From: Patellaria atrata CBS 101060
Taxonomy: Eukaryota
Assembly (NCBI GenBank): GCA_010093705.1
Contig: MU006100.1
Span: 718,745 to 782,744, forward strand
Reading direction: 5' to 3'
Length of the DNA: 64,000 bases
Positions 13,494-24,387 of this stretch are shown piece after piece. The position numbers and the translations under genes are program-made. Every line of letters begins with the position of its first letter. The stretch's first letter is position 1. The notes beneath the pieces were generated by a model that saw only the letters and a program-made list of their open reading frames with translations, ran no database searches and was not told the origin of the DNA.

Positions 13494-14330
13494 ATGTCAT
13501 ACCCAACGACCACCCCACCCCCGCCAACTCCAACCTTCCTCAAACTCTCCTACCCGGCCCCTCGCGTGCTCCTCGCAACCATGTCTCGCGAAAAAGACCT
13601 CAACTGCATGAATACGGCGGCGCAATGGGAAATGGACAGCGTCTGGAAGTGGCTCGACGTGGAGCCCAACCTCTCCGTCGCCGTCATCACTGGGGCCGGA
13701 AAGAAAGCTTTCTCCGCAGGCGCCGACTTAAAAGAGTGGAACAACTCCATGGCCGACGACGCAGATCCAAAAAACCGGCTAGGTAATGCACCGGCGTTTA
13801 AGCCGCTGAGCAGACGCCTTGGGAAGAAGCCAGTGATCGCGGCTGTCAATGGCCTAGCGATGGGTGGCGGGACCGAGTTTGCGGTCAATTGCGATTTGGT
13901 GATTGCGTCTGAGACGGCCTATTTCGGGTTGCCCGAAGTTAAGAGGGGGGTTGCTCCCATTGGCGGCGCTTTACCAAGGCTCATCCGCACGATTGGGCTG
14001 CAGCGTGCGTCTGAGTTTGCACTGACAGGGCGGAACGTTACTGCACAAGAAGCGCTGGAGTGGGGATTTGTGAATAAAGTTGTACCGCAGGACAAGGTGG
14101 TAGGGGAAGCTGTCAAGTATGCCACTATGATTGCCGTAAATAGTCCTGATGCGATCATTTGTACCCGAGCAGGGTTGAGGCAAGGTTGGGAAACAGCGGC
14201 AGTCGAGAGGGCGGTAGAGGTCACGCTTGAGAGGGAGTTTGCAGAGTTGCAGAGGGGCGAGAATATAGTGGAGGGCTTGAAAGCTTTTACGGAGAAGAGA
14301 GAGCCAAAATGGAAAGCATCAAGATTATAA
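13494..14330 (+). CDS. Enoyl-CoA hydratase/crotonase (SidH/CaiD-like), intronless, PTS1 -SRL
   Basis: AFSAGADLKEW, KKPVIAAVNGLAMGGGTE and FGLPEVKRGVAPIGGALPRL motifs; ends KASRL*. Confidence 0.94.
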   Translation: MSYPTTTPPPPTPTFLKLSYPAPRVLLATMSREKDLNCMNTAAQWEMDSVWKWLDVEPNLSVAVITGAGKKAFSAGADLKEWNNSMADDADPKNRLGNAPAFKPLSRRLGKKPVIAAVNGLAMGGGTEFAVNCDLVIASETAYFGLPEVKRGVAPIGGALPRLIRTIGLQRASEFALTGRNVTAQEALEWGFVNKVVPQDKVVGEAVKYATMIAVNSPDAIICTRAGLRQGWETAAVERAVEVTLEREFAELQRGENIVEGLKAFTEKREPKWKASRL

Positions 14331-14438
14331 GCTTGTTGCGGGTTATTAGTATGGATTTATTATAGCCTTATATCTATCATACTTAATCACTTCACAATAT
14401 TAAGCAATCCAGATTTGATCTTTCATTTTACATAACTT

Positions 14439-16649
14439 TTACAACTTACCCTTCCTCGCCTTCGCCAACCTTGCTGGTAACATCCTCTTTAGCACCTTCC
14501 CCGAGCCAGTTTTCGGAAGACTTCCAATTACAACCGCACCGCCCCTCAATCTCTTATAGGGGGCAACCTTAGAATCCACCATATCCCTCAGTTTACCCTC
14601 CACATCCTCACCCCTACCTTTCCTCATCATCCCCTCTTCTGTTAACACCACATAGGCAATTGGGACCTCAGAAACCTCGTCCTCATCCCAAAGCGCACAC
14701 ACCGCTGCCTCATCAACAAGCCCACTCGCCGCAAGGATCGCCTCTAACTCCGCCGGTGCCACTTGGAAACCCTTATACTTTATCAGCTCCTTCTTGCGCT
14801 CCGTTAGATACCAGAATCCCTGATCGTCACACCTCACGACATCCCCTGTGCGCATCCAGCCTTGATGAAAAGTCTCCTCAGTCGATTTAGGGTCGTTCAT
14901 ATACCTCCGAAAAACAGTGGGGCCGCGAATGAGCATCTCTCCCTGCTCACCATGCGCAACGTCATTCATATCGTCATCGACAATACGTGCTTCCACATTC
15001 GCGAAGAGCCGACCGACGCTGCCGACGCGCTGCCACTGGTCCGGACGAAGAGTCGCGACATTAGTCTCCGTCATGCCGTAGCCCTGAAAGATTGGAGCAT
15101 TGGAGAGCATTTTCTGAAGGGACTCTATTATTTCAGGGGGTAAGACGGCGCCGGAGCAAATGATGTATTTAATATCGCACAGAGTGGTTAGGTCTAAGGT
15201 TTGAGCTTTAGTGAGCGCAACGGCGATGCTGGGAAGGATCCGGAGAGTGTTGGCACGTATTTGGGCGGAGAGGGAAACAAGTGCGGCGAGGCTGTAGCGT
15301 TTCATCACCATGGTGTAGTAGCCTAAGTAGGCGCCCATGAGGACGACGCTGTTGAGCCCTGTGGGAGATTAGTCGAAATGAATACTTAATAACAAGGGAT
15401 AGAGTTTCTGGTTACCGTATATGTGGCATAGAGGTGCGAAAAAGACGCTGCGGCATGAAGAGTTGTAGAATATAGGATCAGTGGACCTAATACCAGCGAG
15501 GGACGCGATAAGGTTATGATGACTTAATTCCACCCCTTTAGGTTTACCACTCGTGCCGGAGCTGAAACATACCGCTGCTGTGCAGTCTCTGTTATCTCGA
15601 GAGGAGAGATCGAAGGGTGACAGGTAACCATTATGGTGAAAGAGATCGTCAAACTTTCTTGTCTGCGTCGAAACTGATGTGAGCTATTTCTTTTCTAATT
15701 TGCATTCACCAAAGTTCATTCTCTTGAAAATATACATAAGTTGGACACGCGTAGTGAGATACAGTGCCAAATCATAGCTTTTTAAGGCACGGAAATACAT
15801 CTACTATCACACATGTTTGGATGATTGGAAAAGTTCGTGGAGCAATAACTCAAATAATAAAGAGTACATATAATGCTCACCTTGGTGCCTCTGGAATCTC
15901 CGACAGTGACCAACTTGATCGAACCCAAGGTTGAAGAGGATCCAAAGGAACAAATGGCGGACTCAACGCTCTTGAGGCTGGTATCATCTACAAAAGTTAA
16001 CTTGGGATGAGATATCTCCAAATAATGTTCGATTTCTTCAGAAGTGCTTAGAGGGTTGAAAAGGCTGTCCTGTATTAGTTACTCTGCATGCTGAGAGACC
16101 CTGCACTTGCGGACGTACGCAGCTGTTGCCCCAGCCCAGATGGCTACATTAATAAGAAGCACTACATTAACCTTCATATGGATATCTGTTAGCAAGCTGT
16201 TAAGGTTTCATCTGCTTCTTGAACCACTTTCAGGATTACGTTGTGCTATATGACGTTATGGAGGTGGAGAAAGCTGAACTCAAAGAAACCCTAAATAGCC
16301 CCCGGAAAGCAAATAACATATGGCTACGCATTATTCTTGATAGCATATTCAGTGAAGGAGGATGCCCCTATCGCAGAGGGACAAGCGTATCAGGAAGACC
16401 TACTGAGTTGAAAGCGCAAATGCCGACAACATCGCCCTCCTGAATTCCAAACAGATATTTCAAACCCCACGCCCCTTTTGCGGCCTCCTTCCGGAGACTA
16501 CCGTACGTGAGCTTTCGACCGGTCCAGTCATCTTCGAAAATAATCTTGTCATTCGCCACAAAATCTGGATTGTATATCTCTAAATACTGTGAGATTGATA
16601 CATCCGTTGGCACATGCGGAGGAGGGTAATATGATCGATAGACTCTCAT
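14439..16649 (-). CDS. Acyl-CoA ligase (4CL-like), copy 2, multi-exon, PTS1-like C-terminus (RKGKL)
   Basis: Exons encode LTYGSLRKEA, FSSGTSGKPKGVELSHHNL, QGYGMTE, GWMRTGD, KELIKYKGFQVAPAELE and PKTGSGKVLKR; about four introns. Confidence 0.9.
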
Positions 16650-17337
16650 GATGATCTAGCCGAGACCGTGTTTCAAGAATAACGTAGGATCCAGCCCTAG
16701 AGTTTGCTTTTCAACGACGGGCGAAGAGGGTGTGGGGAAACTCCTTAAAGAAACGAGGTTCAGCTTCGGAATGCTCTGACCACGTCGCTGGGAGATCTGC
16801 ATAGGGCCCTAAAACGTGGTCGACAACCGTTCAACATCCTTTGAAGCGGTATTTGAGCCCCACTTTTACTTCTGGCCCCGGAAATAATAGGAGTACCCGG
16901 AGCTCTTACAACCTGCTCGATTCATTAAATCTTGTCCGTTTATATTGAGAAGTCTGAGGCTCGGATTATTCGATACTGGGACTCTGTATTCGCATAGAAG
17001 AGAAAGAACCGATAGTAGCTAAATCTGGTAATCCGGGGTGAACTGTCGCAGTATACGCGAAACGATAGTTTGGAGAGAGAGAGAGAGCCCGTGGAGGCTT
17101 ACGATTGAGCCTGACCGCATGATACCGAAGGACAGTAAGATAATACTGTATTAAATTAGCTGCAGGAAATTAAGGTTCACTAGGATCTCAACTACTTAGC
17201 TGTTAATTCCTATTTTCACTCTCATCCATACCTACGGTTCACCTTGGGACCGACATAGCGGAGCGGAATATCTAAGAAGATATTTAGTCAGGGTTCCGCT
17301 CTGCAAAGTCATGGTCAGTATCATTTGTAGTTAGCGG

Positions 17338-17353
17338 CTGATGATTCATTAGT
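17338..17353. promoter_or_regulatory. Cluster-shared motif (CTG)ATGATTCATTAGT, copy 2, in the divergent ligase/MFS promoter
   Basis: Exact 13-mer at 17341-17353; CTGATGATTCATTAG is one mismatch from the perfect palindrome. Confidence 0.65.
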
Positions 17354-17829
17354 TTTCATAGTTGAACAGATTGAATATGGAGGGTCAAGAGCAGCAGAAA
17401 GTTTTCCGAGAGACGACGGGATCACCTTAGATCATTCCATTCAGGTTGCCCCCGCACTTGTCCCCTTGAAACGCCAGAAACCCCAGATGGCCTCCACAAA
17501 ACGCTAAACATCCCTTCCACATATCCATTGCCTTAGTCTATTTCCCCAAGGATTGTCACAATCTTGGAACCGTCTCGCTTCCCGTTGAGGACGCCGATCA
17601 TCCAGTCTATCTCGCGTAAGGCCTAAAGCAGTATTTTGAGATCAGAGATAAAATGGTCGTCCATATCCATATCCAGAGGGACTGATTTCTCAACTCCTTC
17701 TTCCCCCTTGAACTGGAAACTTGCTCATCTGTAAGGGTCCTCCGAAAGAGACCCTCTGTTCACTTGACGGGAAGTTCGGATCACCAGTTGTTATAGACTT
17801 GATACGCCCCATCTTTTCTCTAGTCAACG

Positions 17830-19700
17830 ATGACTTCTCTCGAACACGAAAACAAGCCCGGAGACCGTATCGAGATGGTTGAAGACATTAAATCTGCCGA
17901 TTCCGATCGAATGTCAGTTCGAGATGAAGCTTTAGGAGACGACCTACCCCCAGGTTATTTCCGCAGCTTACAGTTCATTGGAACTATTGCCGGGTTTTCT
18001 CTTGCTCAAATTAGCGCCTATATTTTCCTTCTTTTACCCACCAATCTTTTCCCCATCATTAACGCAGATATTGGTAAGTTGGGAGGTCCGTACATGGAGT
18101 GCGACTGTGACTGACACTGCATAGGACCAAGTCCATACATCAGCTGGGTCAATATTGCCAGAACGCTTGCTCTTGCCTTTACATACACTGTCTTAGGTCG
18201 TCTCTCTGATCTCTTGTAAGTACCCTCACATCTTGAACTGAGACGCACGGGGAACCATTAGGCTAACCGGAATGAAGCGGACGACGATGGTTCTTTATCG
18301 GTGGCAACGTCATCGCCTTAATCGGGATCATAGTCGGAGCTACTGCCGAAAATGTGAATACGCTTATCGTGTCTGCTGCAATCTACGGTTTAGGAGAAAC
18401 TGTACAGTTGTCGTTTAACGTCGCTGTTGGAGAGCTGGTTCCAAACAAGTATCGACCGACGATCCTCTCTTTCATCTTCTTGACCAGCGCCCCGATTGCA
18501 ACTTTTGGCCCCATTATTGCTAGGAAGATGGCCGCGAACCCTAACGTAGGCTGGCGCTGGACCTACTGGATCAATGTCATTGTAGTTGGCGTTGCTATCA
18601 TCCTCTTGTTCATTTTCTACCACCCGCCAACCTTCGATATGCTTCACGAGAGAAAGTCTAAGAGGCAACAGCTCAAAGAGCTCGATTATATCGGCTTGTT
18701 CCTCTGGACCGCAGGACTTACTATTTTCCTCGTTGGAATCAGCGTTGGTGGCGGTATTCACCCCTGGAAATCAGCAACGACTCTCTGTACTATTGTCGTG
18801 GGCGCCATCATCTTGATTGTTCTGTTCTTTTATGAGGGGTTTGCAAAACCCAAATACCCCGCGATTCCGGTCCAGTTCTTCTTGAACAGAGGATTTGTTG
18901 CTCTTGTTTGTTGTGCTACTGTGGCATCTATGTTCTACTATAGTGCAGTCCTTTTGTGGCCTCAACAAGTCACTGCTCTATACACCAAGGATCCCGACTA
19001 CGCCGGATGGCTCTCAACAACTGTTTCGGCCAGTACCGCCCTCGGACAAGTCTGTGCTGCGGGTATTGTCAAATGGGGTGGAAATGTCAAATTTTGGATC
19101 ATCGGTAGTGCCGTTTTGATGGTGGCGTTCGTGACATCCTGTGCATCTCTTACCCCTGACACCAAAAACATGGGCATCGCTTTTACCATTATTGGTCCGT
19201 TCTTCGTTGGTTTCATCGAACTTGTTTCTTTGGCTCTTGCTCCGCTTTTCTGCAAGCCCGAAGATATTGGTCTCGCATCGGGTCTTCTTGCTTCAATCCG
19301 GTCTGCTGGTGGCTCAATCGCTGTTGCTGTCTACACGACGATTTTGCGAAATCGTCTTGCTACCACCATTCCCAACACGATCGGTCCAGCTCTCGTTCAG
19401 GCAGGCGTCAATGCAACTGAGCTTCCTGCAGTATTGACTGCAGTCCGAACAGGCACGCTTGCGAAATATCCTGGTCTTACTGATGGCATTTCAGCAGCAG
19501 TTGCATCATCTTCTCCCAGCGCATACGCGCAAGCATTCAAGACCGTATATCTTGCTAGTGCAGGTTTTGGTGCCATTGCGATTATTGGAAGTTTGTTTGC
19601 AAAGGATGCTCAGAAACACCTGACAAGCAAGGTTGAACGAAGAATGCATGGTAAGGGAATTGGCGGAAACATCAAGGGAGACGTGAAAGAAACAGTGTAA
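17830..19700 (+). CDS. MFS transporter (TRI12/fungal trichothecene efflux pump-like)
   Basis: ALGDDLPPGYFRS, LGRLSDL/GRRWFFIGGN, GELVPNKYR, WRWTYWI and YHPPTFDMLH motifs; many hydrophobic segments; two 5' introns. Confidence 0.9.
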
Positions 19701-20183
19701 AGGAGAGGGTGGGATAAACGGGAATTGGTCAAGCATACCGAAGTACTGTTGCTGGGAGATAGCTCTGCATGATATGAATCTAAGTTTGTCGTATGATCGA
19801 ACTGCGTAGAGATAAAAATCTCGAAAGAGTAATTGCGCGTCTATTTTGCATTCTTAGTTTTAGCGTGATAGGTATTATACGCATCCCTTCTATCACCATT
19901 CATTCCTTAAGTGGCTGATCAGTAGTTGGATATAATGGTTAGGGGGAAGGGCGTACAATTGTGTGTAGGCAACTTTCCTCCAATCGGCTTGATAAAGTTT
20001 GTTTTGGTTCTGCCTTTGCTTATCCTTTCACGCCAGGAACTAAGGACTGATGGCCCACTTTATGATAACCGGTCAGGCATGACGGTGCAGATGCGGGATC
20101 AAAATTCTCTTATAATCTCTAGATTCTCGCAAAAGCTGTTGAGTCGATTGCTTCTCCCACTTCATCACCTAATCTGTTTCGAA

Positions 20184-20945
20184 ATGGCGCCCATCCTCGT
20201 CATAGGACATCTTACCACAAGCACTGCGGAAGCCCGGGAAAAGGTAAACTATGGAATAATCATATTAGGTATCTTGACTTACCAAGTAATAAAGATTATA
20301 AATGCTCTGAGCCAGATTATGGAATATGCGAAAGCGAAGGAGCCAGGTGTGACCAAGTACTGTATCACCGTTCCCCAAGACACAGAAGACGCTACATCCG
20401 TATTCGTTATTGAAGAGTAAAAGCTGAGCGACTCTGAGGTCTTCTCCGTTCTGACTGTAGTCTGCAGATACGCGGATCAAGCAGCCTTCGACTCTCACAT
20501 GGCCCCGACAGTGCTCGCTCCTATTCTAGATATCTTTCAATCTGAACCAGGCCTACTCAAAAGTCCTCCTGCAGTTCAAACTCTAGAACCAGTCCATGGT
20601 TTCACAAGAGCCGAAATAAAGGATGTCGACCCCTTCATCATTATCGGAAATCTCACATATAAAAATGGGACAATCCCCCAAGCACTTGAAGGCTGGAAGA
20701 GTGTCGCGACAGCAACGGAAAATAACGAAACTGGGACATTCGTCTATTCAGTTGCAAAGGATAAGGTCGACCCAGCAGTATTGGTAACTGTTGAGGTTTA
20801 CCAAGACGAGAGATACTTATGGGATGTGCACGCGCCGAGCGACGCTGTCCAATCTAATAAAGAGAAGCACGGTGGAATCAGAACGGGTCTGCAGCACACA
20901 AAGCTGAGAAGGGTGGCGGGTTATCTGCATAAGGTGTTATCTTGA
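20184..20945 (+). CDS. Tandem ABM (antibiotic biosynthesis monooxygenase / dimeric alpha-beta barrel) domain protein
   Basis: Two repeats of the pattern EPG/ETG-x2-Y...V-x-E-x-Y-x-D...H (AKEPGVTKYC..FVIEE/YADQAAFDSHM and NETGTFVYS..VEVYQDERYLWDVH); two introns. Confidence 0.8.
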
Positions 20946-21438
20946 AGAGAGTCTTGTATAACTCCTTCTGTTAAAGCTGTTCTGGTTCACTGTAAATCGA
21001 GCTGTCCGTTTGAGCTGTAAAGACGGGTGCACGAGTTTAATCAATTTCGTGATTAGAATGGATTCCTCGTAGAACTATGCGGTGTGTGCATAGTATCTGA
21101 GTTTGACGCGTAAACAAGTGGCATATATACCCAGAAAGATTTATATTGATCATTCCCAAATGATCGATATGTATTGTGAGTTTGAGCAGTTATCTGAGTG
21201 AGAAGAGAAACATATGAAACCTTAGGGGAGTTTGCAGGGAGGTTCCTAAAAGGTCAGGACAGTGCGGAACACTTTGCCCTCTACCTCAAGTTTCCACTGT
21301 AGATTTGCGGATATGATACAAACACCGATCAGACGCAGTTTTATGCCCATCTAGATTTTAGAAGGCAGTCGACTATACGCTATCAGCCTTGCTACTGAGG
21401 ACGGATTGTCTAGAGAATCCGCGACGGCTGTAGTATGC

Positions 21439-21454
21439 CTAATGATTCATTAGT
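21439..21454. promoter_or_regulatory. Perfect palindrome CTAATGA-T-TCATTAG (shared motif copy 3) upstream of the second AtuA gene
   Basis: CTAATGA and TCATTAG are reverse complements around a 1-bp spacer; contains the shared 13-mer at 21442-21454. Confidence 0.7.
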
Positions 21455-21791
21455 CTGGACCAATATGGAGATTTGTGATGTTGCCCCTCCATACCCCACA
21501 ATCTGTAGCGTCCCTGTGGCATGCAATGGTGTATTTGACTATATATGGGATATCAACAACCGGTGTTGACACATTATCTCAATGAAATTGCCTGTTACTT
21601 GGAATCATTAACTGGCTAGAAGGCCTAGATATGCCGCTTCCCGACAAGAAATATTGTTCGGTCCAGGGAAGAAACCTTCAGGGAAAATATAAGTATCCTT
21701 ATGTTGCTGCACATCACTTGGCTTGATTTCATATCCCCTTTAATCAGTTTCTCTCGCCTATATTTGACCTTGAAGACCCTTCTTGACCATA

Positions 21792-23807
21792 ATGGCGCCC
21801 ATGAGCCTTCACAGCAGCACAAACAGTGCAACCATCAATGGTGCTAATGGAACGCCGAAGAGGCCTATCAAGATTGCGGGATGTTCAGGTGGTAGGTGCT
21901 GACAAGTCAACTTTTCGATGAACAAATTCCGAATGAGAGTCCCTAGGTGTGTACGATCGAAAGCGAGCCATGCACGACATGGCAAAGAACGAAGAGGTCG
22001 ACGTAATCACGGGTGACTGGATGAGCGAATGCAACATGACCCTCCGTGGGTCAGACAAACTAGACAAGTTAAACAAGCGTCAAACGTCATTAGTCGGCGC
22101 CGCCTACGAACCATACTTTTTGGAAGAAATTGACCCTGCTATTCCATGGTTAGCAAAGAAAGGAGTCAAGGTCTGCGTGAACGCAGGTGCTAGCGACGTT
22201 GAGGGTCTCGCGGAGGAAGTAATCAAGCTGATCAAGAAACATAACGTTGACCTGAAGGTTGGATACGTCACTGGCGATGACGTAACGGATGCAATGTTTG
22301 CATTGTACAACAAAGGTTCGCGCCAGTCTATCTTTGTGGTTTGTTCACATACTGACAAGGAGAAGGGGAGAAGTTCCCTAATCTGCCACAGGACAAGAAC
22401 ATCCAGGATTGGGGCTTCGATCCAATCTGCGCTCAGTGTTATCTCGGCGGTACCGGTATCGCTGAGTGCTTTGCGGGTGGAGCAGACATCGTGGTCTGCG
22501 GTCGAGTAGCTGATGCTGCCTGCGTGATGGGTCCAGCCATGTGGTGGCACGGTTGGACTCGAGAAAACATCCAGGAGCTGGGTTCAACCCTCATGATCGG
22601 TCACATCATCGAGTGCAGCACATATGCAACCGGGGGTTACTATAGTGGATTCAAAGATCTTGGTGTAAACGATACCGATATGGGTTATCCGATTGCAGCC
22701 ATAGATCATAAAGGTGAGGCCGTCATAACCATGGAGAAGGGCAAGCATGGGCTTGTGAGCCCAGCTACAGTCGCATCCCAGCTGCTTTATGAGATCCAAG
22801 GTCCCCTGTATTACAACTCAGACGTTACCGCTTCAATCGAGGATGTGAAATTGGTTCAAGTTGGCGAGAATGCTGTCCATGTTTCGGGGATCAAAGGTCT
22901 TCCACCACCCACCACAACAAAGGTCGGTATCACTGCCAAGGGTGGCTACCAGGCGGAATTCCATTTCTACTTGACTGGTCTAGACATCGAAGAAAAAGCG
23001 AAAATGGTTGAGCGCCAAACCCGGGCAGCTATGGGCAAATACGTCGATGAGTTTACGTGCCTCAAGTTTCAGGTCGCAGGTACGGTTTCACAGGATCCAC
23101 AATCGCAGGACGAAGCTACTGTGGACATGAGAATTTTTGCCCAAACCAAAAACGCAGACCTTCTCTCGGCAAATGCCATAATGGATAGTGACCGTGGCTC
23201 CTTCGCACGCTTTTGCATTGAAAATCTGTTGCAAGGTTACCCAGGTTCCACTATGGCACCAGATATGCGAACCGCGATGGGACGGCCATTTTTTGAATAC
23301 TGGGTCACCTTGATGCCCCAGTCTTTCGTAAAAGAACAGGCCCATCTACCAGATAGATCTGTTGTAGATATCCCTACACCTACCGTAATGCGCGAGTACG
23401 AACGCCAACAGCCGACTGGCGATACTGTTGATCCCGTGGATCTCTCGGAATTTGGCCCAACAACCCGCGCTCCTCTGGGCTACGTTGTCATGGGACGTTC
23501 TGGAGATAAGTCATCGAACTGCAACCTTGGCCTATTCGTTCGACATGCGGATGAGTGGGATTGGTTTCGAACGCTCATGAGCGTCAACAAAGTCCGACAA
23601 TTACTAGGTAAAGATGACAAGGGAAAGAAAATCGACCGGTTTGAGCTTCCAAACATCTACGGAGTTCATTTCCTGTTGCGTGACCACCTCGACCGCGGTT
23701 TCAACGCTACAAGCGGTTTCGACAGCTTGGGAAAGAATTGCTGCGAATTTATTAGGTCAAGATGGGTCGATATCCCGAACAAGTTCTTAGAGCGTGGGAG
23801 AGTCTGA
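21792..23807 (+). CDS. AtuA / DUF1446 family protein, copy 2, no PTS1 (ends RGRV)
   Basis: RPIKIAGCSG, ITGDWMSE, CGRVADA, GHIIECSTYATGGYY, QLLYEIQGPLYYNSDV, GRSGDKSSNCNLG and DSLGKNCCEF motifs; two introns. Confidence 0.92.
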
Positions 23808-24387
23808 ATAATTTATCCCCCTTTGGTGCTTCTCACTACTATTTCGGAGAAAGGGGTAAGGGTGCATTGTCTAATTGCTTCAATATTTGTTTCGTTGAGC
23901 AGTCCCGAGTACTATACATTGTCTACACAGCTAAGTCGGATGTCCTTTCGGTATTGAGACTATAGTTGGCTAGGAGACCTATCAGAGAAGTAACATGGAA
24001 TGAGATACCACACTTACTATATACCTGAGATGAGACGCGTGTTACTCTATTTGATCGCGTACTTCTCCTCGAAACTGTAGCCTGTAGAACACATGAGTAA
24101 ATAATAATTGCCTTCAGAGTCTCATCCGATGCGTATCTTGATGATCCCATTGATTCGACAGCTATAGAAGCGGAGAGTTGGTGGAGAAGTAGTTCTAGTT
24201 CGGTTTCCTCTTTTCATGAACTCGCCAAGACCTCGGCTAGAACTAAACCTAACTTGGCCATACGCCTCCACCTCCCCTTTACCATCTCATCCCATCACCT
24301 CCCGTCCGGCTTTGCATCCAGAAATATTTGCAATCCCGCTCTCTCTTAGATATCCCTGTGCAATGAGTAATTAGCCCCTATCATATC

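Noticed and set aside
17072..17087. (GA)n tract; also (ATATG)n near 59841-59861 and poly-G near 62771-62781
   Set aside because: Ordinary short microsatellites or homopolymers.
4954..19700. Interpretation as a siderophore cluster (SidI/SidH-like enzymes plus MFS)
   Set aside because: No NRPS, ornithine monooxygenase or transacylase in the window; the ligases look 4CL-like and the AtuA genes are not explained by siderophore synthesis.
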